Positions 54,151 to 64,000 of a stretch of 64,000 nt of DNA are shown here, one piece after another. Location: assembly GCF_006345805.1 (NCBI RefSeq), contig NC_043011.1:13714464-13778463 (forward strand), read 5' to 3'. The position numbers and the translations under genes were made by a program. The notes below the pieces were generated by a model. The model worked only from the letters and a program-made list of their open reading frames with translations. It made no database searches and was not told the DNA's origin. Source of the DNA: Octopus sinensis (lineage: Eukaryota). Numbering within the stretch: the stretch's first letter is position 1; the number at the start of each line of letters is the position of its first letter.

Positions 54151-54539
54151 GGATGGAAGCACTCCGTCGGTTACGACGACGAGGGTTCCGGTTGATCCGA
54201 TCAACGGAACAGCCTGCTCGTGAAATTAACGTGTAAGTGGCTGAGCACTCCACAGACACGTGTACCCTTAACGTAGTTCTCGGGGATATTCAGCGTGACA
54301 CAGAGAGTGACAAGGCCGGCCCTTTGAAATACAAGGTACAACAGAAACAGGAAGTAAGAGTGAGAGAAAGTTGTGCTGAATGAGTACAGCAGGGATCACC
54401 ACCATCCCCTGCCGGAGCCTCGTGGAGCTTTAGGTGTTTGCGCTCAATAAACACTCACAACGCCCGGTCCGGGAATCGAAACCGCGATCCTACGACCGCG
54501 AGTCCGCTGCCCTAACCACTGGGCCATTGCGCCTCCACT
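54151..54539 (-). mobile_element. SINE family C' (same tRNA head as C, different 3' region), 11-bp TSD
   Basis: CACGCACACAT at 54140-54150 and 54540-54550; head TGGCCCAGTGGTTAGGGCAGCGGACTCGCGG. Confidence 0.9.
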
Positions 54540-54999
54540 CACGCACACATACATTCACCCTCACCACACACACACACATACACACACATATGCATACACA
54601 CGCACAGGCACACATATGTCCACACACGAGTGCGCGAAACACATCCCGCTTCTCTCTCTCTCACACACACACATACACACGTACGTATGTACACACAAGA
54701 ATATGTAAATGTAATATCTGAGTCATTTGTCACCCGTCACAAAAAGTTACCAAAGTTTATTGATTTTAACATTAAGCATGGACCGTCTGATTCCGCATCC
54801 CCCATCTCTCCCTCTCACTCTCTCTCTCACACATACACAAAAAAAGTATGATTGTATTTGCATATACGCTCATATATTTTTTAGAAGCTTACTCAGTTTT
54901 ACATATTTGGTAGACCTACCCATGTTTATTTTACATGTATTTTTGATACACTATCACACATATTCACTAATATACATCGACTCGGTCCTCCATCCATCC

Positions 55000-55691
55000 C
55001 AGTGGCGACTCGTGCATAGGCACTGTGGAACTGCAGCAGCCCCTATTTCCACTCGATATTATCGATAACATTCAATATAAAGAGTCCTTTTTCCTTTAAT
55101 TCTTTCTTTATACTTGTACATTATATAATCCTTAAGCTTAATGTTAGTAGCTATCCCCTACTTTATGAGAAAAATACAAAATCCCTTGTATAGAACTGTG
55201 CGCTTCACAGTTCTAGCGATGCGATGTTTGGCTGTTGTACGCATGCGCACATGTTCGAGATAGGAAGCTTCACGCTAGGGAGAGAGAGCATTGCGTGAAC
55301 GACAGTGACGAGACTGGTCTTCCGGTGAATGGTAGTATTTTTTTTTGACTCCGCGTATGTTGTGCTTAAAAACGTGTTTATATTCTTGAATGTGATAAAG
55401 TGAAGAATTAGAGTATTATCCTGCTTCCAGCTTCAGTGTTGCTGCCAGGATTTGAAAAAAAGGCACACCTTATTTTGTGATCTAGGGGAGATTTTTAAAA
55501 AATAAGGGGTAATTCGCGGCGGTGTTCAGTGAACAAATTAAACACACTACCCGTGAGTGGCTAAAACGCGAACCGATCAAGTTTATGTATATACTTTTTA
55601 TATGCTTGTTTCCTTTTACGCAATATTAAAACAACGGTTAAAAATTTTCTGAAGCAGCATCCCCACTAATTTTATCTATGAACCGCCACTG
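55000..55691. mobile_element. hAT-type non-autonomous element with 8-bp TSD
   Basis: Termini CAGTGGCG / CGCCACTG; ATCCATCC 54992-54999 and ATCCATTC 55692-55699. Confidence 0.75.
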
Positions 55692-56175
55692 ATCCATTCA
55701 TCCATAAATATATACATACATATAGAGGTTCAGGGCATAGTTGTGTGGCAAGAAGCTTGCTTCCCAACTACATGATCCCGGGTTCAGTCTCAGACGGTAA
55801 CTGAAAGAAGGCTGTCGTATATATACATCTTTTTATATATATATGTATATATAATACATTAATAAATAAAATAAAACATATGCATATATATAAACATATA
55901 TGTACGTACCTACCTCTACATGTACATATACACGCATATATGAGTACAGGACACCAAAGGGGCGTCGAACACAATGAGAAACGAAAACATAGACACAAAC
56001 CAAAGGAACTGGACATTTATTTATATATATACGTGCATGGTATGCCTGCACACCAATGTCCGGGATAATACGGGTAACGGATAATACGGATAATACGGGT
56101 AACGGATACCGATAGTATATACGGATCTTTTACCATTTAGTCGGTTATTACAACCGCTAACTCTGTCTACACACA

Positions 56176-56209
<34 letters not shown>

Positions 56210-56483
56210 TTTATATATATATAATCGTTCATCCCATAAATAATGCGGTCTTTTTATTCTTCTATTTTTCAAAATTAAGATAAACAGCGTGCTTTTTTAA
56301 TCTAAAATATACTCTCCTACATTTTCTCCAATGCTCTTCCATCTGTCTGGTAGACTTGCAAAGTCCCTCTTCAAATATTCGCTTCTCCGTGACGAAAGAG
56401 ACTCCTCCAGTAATGTTCTGACCTCGTCTACAGAATTCATATTTTTTCCGACCAAATAATTTTGAAGACTGTGGAATAAATAT

Positions 56484-56655
56484 ATTTCTTTACTACCCAC
56501 AAGGGGCTAAACACAGAGGGGACAAACAAAGACAGACAAACGGATTAAGTCGATTACATCGACCCCAATGTGTAACTGGTACTTTATTTAATTGACCCCG
56601 AAAGGATGAAAGGCAAAGTCTACCTCGGTGGAATTTGAACTTAGAACATAACGGA
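56484..56655 (-). mobile_element. SINE family B, 5'-truncated
   Basis: Long tail and central domain present. Confidence 0.8.
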
Positions 56656-57418
56656 TTGATTTACTGGATTGATATTCCTCGCACTTTCCGTTGCGCTGTT
56701 GCCTTTATTCAACTCATAAAGCAAATTGCCGAATATGCTCCTTTGTCACTTCCATGATAGCTTTGTAAAAATAACTGTCAAAATCGAACTGCACTCTTCA
56801 AAACTTACACTAAGAATAAGGGCAAGGTAAAATTACTACCAGCTTTAATGCAAGTTGATGCAGGTAGTTTATCCCGTCTCCCTCCCACTTTTAGTTAATG
56901 CAATTGAAAAAAAACGCATTACTTATGGGATGACCCAATATATATATGTGTGCATGTATGTATTTATATATCGATATGTGCATCTTTGTATCTGTGTTTG
57001 TCCCCCATTACCGCTTGACAACTGGTGTTGGTGCGTTTACGTCCTCGTAACGTTAGCGGTTCGGCAAAAAAGACCGATAGAATAAGTACAAGTATTTTAA
57101 CAATTTTTCAAGCCGATCACATGAAGAAAGGTGTTCGCCTCCATTTTGGAAAACAATCTCGTTTCGTTCACAGGACTTCTCGTAGATTTGCGTAAATGAA
57201 ACAATGAAACAATGAATCCTTGTTTCATTTACGCGATTTTACGAGAAATCCCGTGAAGAATGCTAAAATAATTTTATCACGAAGAACATTTTAGTACCGG
57301 TGTCAGTCTTTGCGGCGTCTTCGCATGAAAAACAATTAAATTGTAGAAAAATTATATGAAATGTTCATTTAGAATAATATTTCCATAGTTCTCAAATACG
57401 TGGGACATTTTCCTTTTT

Positions 57419-57529
<111 letters not shown>

Positions 57530-57629
57530 GAAAAAAGTTGAAAAAGTCGCAAAAACTGAAGCCGACATTAAAATGTTCTTCCTGATAAAATTACTTTAGC
57601 ATTTCCTACCTTGTCTTATTTTCCTTATA

Positions 57630-57705
<76 letters not shown>

Positions 57706-57791
57706 AGTGATAACAGAAGAATGACACCTCGATATTAGATAAATAGAAGATATTTATATATGTATAGTTTAAGACAATCAGTAAGTTGTCA

Positions 57792-57854
57792 TAGTAGTAC
57801 TCAGAGTTTCAAATGCCGGAGCTAAGAGCTACGATGCACTCTCATCGGCTATTA
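57792..57854 (-). ncRNA. Minimal hammerhead ribozyme (left copy)
   Basis: TAATAG-CCGATGA-GAGTGC..GCATTT-GAA-ACTCTGAGT-A-CTACTA. Confidence 0.65.
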
Positions 57855-58227
57855 CTGGCAATAGACGCTATAAAAAACCGTTACTCTAATAGGTAGGAAA
57901 AATATAAAAGATAAAAGTTACACGCAACCATATTCTCACAATACATAGACATAAAACCTCCTTCGTTCCTAACGTCTACATACGTACACATTCACACAAA
58001 CATGTATATGTACATGCCCATACACACACAAACATATATATGTGCATGTACGTACTCATACACATATCCACACACCCACACACACACATACACACACACG
58101 CACACATGTATATATATATGTGTATATGTGCACGCAACATCATCCTCATATACACATAGGTGTATGCTTACATACATATATATTTATACATTTATACATA
58201 TATATATATAGATAGATAGATAGGTAT

Positions 58228-58288
<61 letters not shown>

Positions 58289-58452
58289 GAGAAAGACAGA
58301 GAGAGAGACATACATTCACCACATATACGAATATACATATATGTACATATGTACACATATATAAACATATACATCCTCCTATCACACACCTAGAACCGTA
58401 GATATACAAGCATGTGCATATCCGTATAAAAGAAGGGGGCGTCTATTGCCAT

Positions 58453-58515
58453 TAATAGCCGATGAGAATGCGTCGTAGCTCTTAGCTCCGGCATTTGAAA
58501 CTCTGAGTACTATTA
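58453..58515 (+). ncRNA. Minimal hammerhead ribozyme (right copy, U4C core)
   Basis: TAATAG-CCGATGA-GAATGC..GCATTT-GAA-ACTC-T-GAGT-A-CTATTA. Stem I 6/6, stem II 6 bp, triplet GUA. Confidence 0.75.
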
Positions 58516-58593
58516 CGACAACTTACTGATTTTCCTAAATAGAAGTTGAAAATTCACTGAGAATAGTTAAAATATTTTTTATTATGTTTAAAG

Positions 58594-58632
58594 ATTTAAC
58601 CGGTTTCACATTTGCCACTGATTTTCAAAAAT
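58594..58632 (-). ncRNA. Hammerhead-like variant with U3-A8 core
   Basis: ATTT-TTGAAAA-T-CAGT-GGCA-AATG-T-GAA-ACCGGT-T-AAAT. Confidence 0.5.
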
Positions 58633-59546
58633 TTGGAATAGAAAGACGTGTCTTGTGTCGCAACTGTTTTGCTTCTGCCTAGTGTTTGTATGTAGTCCAG
58701 TGGATAAAGTTTAGAGTGTTAGCTATGTCGGTTCCTTATGTTAAGTGACAGAATGAGTTTTGTGTGTGAATAGTTATTTGTGTATGTACATTATTAAAGT
58801 TTGATAAGTCTGGGTTTGTACTTTTGTATGAAAGTATTCACTTTGTTTATCTCTGCATCAACTGCGGTATTCACAGGACATAGCTAGTGGAAAACTAAGA
58901 GAATACTTTCATACAAAAGTACAAACCCAGACTTAACAAACTTTAACAAAGTACATGCACAAATAACTATTCACAAACAAAACTCATTCTGCCACTTATC
59001 ATGAGGAACCGACACAGCTAACACCCTAAACTTTATCCACTGGAGTACATACAAACGACTCCCGTCTACTCTCCCACCAGACAGATTAAATTTGAAGTGC
59101 TTTGATTGTAACTAAACATGTTCACTCAACCACATCGGCCTTCATTTTAGACCCCAAATATACTGCCATGTGACACTAACGCACGGACGTAGTGGGAAAC
59201 ATACAGAAGGTTCTAAACTTAATCACGAGTTTATTCTTGACAGAAGACATTGATTGTTTAGTATTGATTGTTTAGTATTGATTGTTTAGTACAACCCCTA
59301 GACTTGTTCAGTCAACCGTGTCAGTCTTAACTTACGACGCTAAACATTGTCGCTTGATACTAACACACAGACGTAGCGAGGAACCTAAAAAAAAATTCTA
59401 AGACCGGTTATTTGACTATCCCCTACCAATCAAACCCTATTCAAAACATATACTAATTTGAGCCATAAACTCCCAATAAAAATAGGGCAAGCTTCAAACA
59501 CTAGTCAGAAGCAAAACAGCTACGACATAAAACACGTCTCTTTCAA

Positions 59547-59585
59547 ACTTTTGAAAATCAGTGTAAACTGTGAAACCGGTTAAAT
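59547..59585 (+). ncRNA. Hammerhead-like variant with U3-A8 core and GNRA-capped stem II
   Basis: ACTT-TTGAAAA-T-CAGT-GTAA-ACTG-T-GAA-ACCGGT-T-AAAT. Confidence 0.5.
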
Positions 59586-59686
59586 CTTTAAATATAATAA
59601 ATATTATAATTATTCTCAGTGCATTTTCAACTTCTATTTTTCCTATATATAATATATGTATATATATATATATGTGTGTGTGTGTG

Positions 59687-59727
<41 letters not shown>

Positions 59728-59734
59728 ATATATA

Positions 59735-59780
<46 letters not shown>

Positions 59781-61112
59781 TATAATTTATAGGAACCCAA
59801 ATGCATTGATTCTCTTACATTGGCTCATTGTAGGAAATCAATTTTCCTTTTAATGATACACCGGAAGTATGATAGACAAAGTCAATTTCAGGAAAATTTG
59901 AACCCAGAAATGAATAAGATATAACTAAATAATGCAAAGCATGTTTATCCAACGCTCTATTATTCCTGCTCTCCTGCACCCTTAACTTATAATCACATGT
60001 TCACGTCAATAGTATCACATGTTTATAATTTTTGAAGCAAAGTAGTTAAAAACAGATGGTACAGCATGAGAATCTTTGTCATCAATATAGACTGAAAATT
60101 ACGGGTGAAAGTGAATTGTTATCATTTTTCTTTTATGAAGATTGTGTGTGTTTCTAAGCATTGGAATAAATCGATGGCAAATCACTTCGATTGAAAAATA
60201 AAACTGTGCTGCATGATTAGTTCTCGCAGACCTCAATTATGATTCCTCAATTGAATGTTGAGTATATATCAGCATTCATATTGTTTCTGTATTAGAACTA
60301 TTTACGTACGTTGTGCATCATGTGGTTAATTTTTTTTTTAACGATGCATTCGTATAACTAATATTGATCTCAAATTTTGGTACAAGGCTAGCAATTTCGG
60401 GGAAGTCTTTACGGCTTTCTAATGTTAAAAGAAACCGCACCTCTGGCCCATGACATTATCGTGATACGGGGCGTCGACCATTGTGATTATGAATCTGCAA
60501 TACATTGATTTCGTTGACTTATGTACTGTTTCACTATAGCAGGGGTTCCCAAGATGGGATCTTCCCTTCCCTGGGGGATGCGTGATGGTACCTCATGAAG
60601 TATGACAGAAGGTGGTTAGCGGAGTAGATCATTTATAAAAATCACCTTTTCAGAATAAAAGGATTAACTAACTCTTAATAATATTTTTGTTCTATTAAGA
60701 AACTCGCTTTGCAACCAGGTAGTTTCGGGTTCAGTCTCACTGCGCGGCACCTTGGGCAAGTGTTTATCACTATAACCCCGGACAAACCAGTTCATTTTAT
60801 GTGTGTGTGCTCGTTGCGCAAACTTTATGAAGCATCTATTCCTGCTTGCTACTTGCTAGCATCTTTACGTAGCACTCTCTATGTCCCTATCTTGTTCTTC
60901 CTTCTGAATTTTGTTTATTGCATGCTTAAGACCGTTAGTTGAAAGGACCAATGAAACAAAACCATTTTCAAATGTGTATCTATTAAACTAATTGCATGTT
61001 TGCTTATAACCTTATTTCTGTTCCAATCTAAACAAAACTATCCAACGAACGAGAACGTGAAACTCTGATTAACAGTTTTTGCGATATTTTTGCCGCTTTC
61101 AATAAAGCATAT

Positions 61113-61183
<71 letters not shown>

Positions 61184-61188
<5 letters not shown>

Positions 61189-61467
61189 GAAATGAGGTAA
61201 TCAGAAGATCAGATGGTTTGTATTTACAGATATTTATTTATATATTACATTTTTTTACATATATATCATATCATTTAGATCATTAGCGCTTTCTCCCATT
61301 CTGTGGGGTTTTCAAATCAAAATAAGTATTTTGATTTGAAAACCCCACTAGAATGGGAGAAAGCGCTAATGATCTAAATGATATGATATATATGTAAAAA
61401 ATGTAATATATAAATAAATATCTGTAAATATAAACCATCCGATCTTCTGATTACCTCATTTCTCCTA
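61184..61467. mobile_element. Family E near-perfect 284-bp palindrome next to (TA)n
   Basis: Arms meet at 61325-61326; each arm carries the HHR 3' half GAA-AGCGCT-A (61359-61368 on +). Confidence 0.9.
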
Positions 61468-61684
61468 ATATATAATACCTGTACATCATCTCCAAACCTT
61501 CCAATATATATATACACACACAAGGTGGGACAAAAGTCTCGCACAAAATAGGTTCGATACATTCCGGAATTATCAAAGACCTGATTAAATTTTTCTGAAA
61601 TTGTATAAAGTAAATAAAATAATAATGAATACAGACGTACGTGTATACGATGAACAAAATTAGGACTAACAATCTTTTGTTGTA

Positions 61685-62019
61685 AAGGCACAAGGTCTGA
61701 AATTTTGTGGGGAGGGTCTAGTCAATTACATTGACACCATTGCACAACTGGTACTTATTTCATCGACCCCGAAAGGATGAAAGGCAAAGTCAACCTCAGC
61801 TGAATTTGAACTCACGACGTAGCAGCAGATGAAATACCTATTTCTTTACTACCCACAAGGGGCTAAACACAGAGAGGACACACAAGGACAGACAAACGGA
61901 TTAGTCGATTATATCGACCCCGTGCGTAACTGGTACTTAATTATCGACCCCGAAAGATGAAAGGCAAAGTCGACCTTGGCGGAATTTGAACTCAGAACGT
62001 GGCGGCAGACGAAATACCG
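61685..62019 (-). mobile_element. Two adjacent SINE family B copies running into the gap
   Basis: Short-tail copy at ~61685-61830 and long-tail copy at ~61836-62019. Confidence 0.8.
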
Positions 62020-62119
62020 NNNNNNNNNNNNNNNNNNNNNNNNNNNNNNNNNNNNNNNNNNNNNNNNNNNNNNNNNNNNNNNNNNNNNNNNNNNNNNNNN
62101 NNNNNNNNNNNNNNNNNNN
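62020..62119. other. Assembly gap (100 N)
   Basis: Seen directly; the following ~280 bp look like a low-quality contig end. Confidence 0.99.
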
Positions 62120-62168
62120 TTCTTTTGACTTTTGTTGTTTTGTTTTTGTTTTTGATTTGCCTATATAT

Positions 62169-62199
<31 letters not shown>

Positions 62200-63167
62200 C
62201 ATATAAAAAATTATAAATATAAATATAAATTAATAATTTTAAATTTAAATAATTTAATTTTAAATTTTAATCTTATATATTTGTAAATTATATTAATATT
62301 TTTTATTTTAAGTTTGGTTTATGTTTTTCACTGTTTGAGTTGCCTAATAGTGGTTTTATCTCTAATTTAATTTATATAATATATAAAATAATTAAATTAA
62401 ATTGTCTTAATGACCAGCGTCTGACGGAAATGCATAATGAGTACGTCTGAAGAATTAAAAATCGAAAGTATCTAATAAAGGAAAGCCATTTTCAGGCGTC
62501 ATCATTGTTTATATCTGTACACACACACACACACACACTCACCACACACACACACACACACGCACACGCACACACGCACACACACACGTGTGTGTCCACC
62601 GACACCGCTCCTCATAACGAAGTAACGAATCATTATATATATCTTTGTTAGGATAATTAACTTTAGCTTGCATCTGTAATCACGCACGTGGGTTATAATA
62701 ACGTCACGCATTTATTATTATTACCCAAGTTAAGAAAGCCTTGGAAAATTAATTCGTTCTCTAACATGGAAATAATTGCTTTTTGCCGAATTGAATTAAC
62801 ATTGAATGTCGATGATTATAATTCAACATTTCTTTTTTTTTTTTTAATGACTTGGAACTCATTTACTGTGTTTATGTAGTAATTAGTGTCTATTGCTTTC
62901 GTCTGCAATAGACGGAACATGAAAAGGAACCGTCGTGCTTCGTGTATATAATAGATATGAGTCTCTGTGTGTGCTTGTGTGTGTATATTTGTACATTGGA
63001 GTCCATAGACAAACATACACATACGCGCGCATGCATGCATACATACACACATACATACATACATACATACATACATACATACATACATGCATGTGTGTGC
63101 GTGTCTGTATATATATATATATCAAATATGTGTGTATATATATCAAATATGTGTGTATATATATATA

Positions 63168-63234
<67 letters not shown>

Positions 63235-63828
63235 GTGTGTATTATATAAATGTATTACACACACACACACACATATATTGTGTGTATGCATATATATCTA
63301 TGTGTATGTGCGTGTGTCTGAATTTGTGTGTGTATGTATACTTATGTACATGAGTGTGTGTGTGTGTATATATACATACATATGCGTGTATATATATGTG
63401 TGTATATATATATGCATGCACATATTTATATACATACATACATACATACATGCATACATACATACATACATACATACATACATACATACATACATACATA
63501 CATACATACATACATACATACATACAAACACTTACACACACACATTTTCAGCATAAGAAATAGGCTCTATGCAGTTGCTGGAAAATGCAGTCAAATTTCC
63601 TTCAAGCTGCAGAATACATTCTATAAATGTGACCCTGCGTTCATTTTACCGAAGATATAAACGAGGTGATCACATCTGGAATGCTTTTAGTCTTAGATCT
63701 GCTCAGTCAGGGTGACCTGTGGTTAAACAAGAACAACATACATTTACCTAACATATACACATAATCCATAGGCGTATATATGCATATCCATGTATACACA
63801 CATACCCCACCTATACACATACACACAC

Positions 63829-63884
<56 letters not shown>

Positions 63885-64000
63885 TATAGATATATCTATA
63901 TATATATATTATATATATAACCATGCTTCGACTACCTCTCAACTTATGTTCTTTCAAACATGTGATCTATGAGCACCACCAGCTCAAATATTTTTTCTCT

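Larger units (their letters stand above)
57776..58531. mobile_element. Inverted pair of 93-bp HHR-bearing units around a microsatellite-rich spacer
   Basis: 57776-57868 is the reverse complement of 58439-58531. Confidence 0.85.
58537..59639. mobile_element. Fold-back with ~300-bp arms; right arm has 438 extra bp; variant HHRs in both outer arms
   Basis: 58537-58839 pairs with 58901-59056 plus 59495-59639; CAAAC repeated at 59052 and 59495. Confidence 0.85.

Noticed and set aside
62120-62400. Extremely AT-rich segment as a regulatory element
   Set aside because: Directly follows the N gap and looks like error-rich contig-end sequence.

Overview
AT-rich, repeat-saturated eukaryotic DNA, very likely from an octopus (coleoid cephalopod). 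This is inferred from the tRNA-derived SINE families and the extreme microsatellite density, not from a database hit. It looks intronic or intergenic. I recognise no intact host protein-coding gene, rRNA, true tRNA or CRISPR array, and most listed ORFs are microsatellite artefacts. Content: three or four tRNA-headed SINE families; decayed LINEs (Tx1/L1-like, R4/Dong-like, RTE-like); a Penelope-like element (PLE) remnant with a GIY-YIG relic; Tc1, mariner, Tigger and pogo transposase relics; hAT-type and other MITEs; a 100-N gap. The most notable unexplained signal is about 12 well-formed minimal type-I hammerhead ribozyme (HHR) motifs plus several relics, from at least 7 unrelated sequence families. 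All have a short (near-)palindromic stem III, as in dimer-acting PLE hammerheads. Five long fold-back structures that look like MITEs are inverted duplications of HHR-bearing pLTR-like units. In three, the turn-around lies at the predicted cleavage site or inside stem II. This suggests a family of ribozyme-processed, hairpin-forming non-autonomous retroelements that often sit in (TA)n arrays. All ribozyme folds were paired by eye and none was tested.
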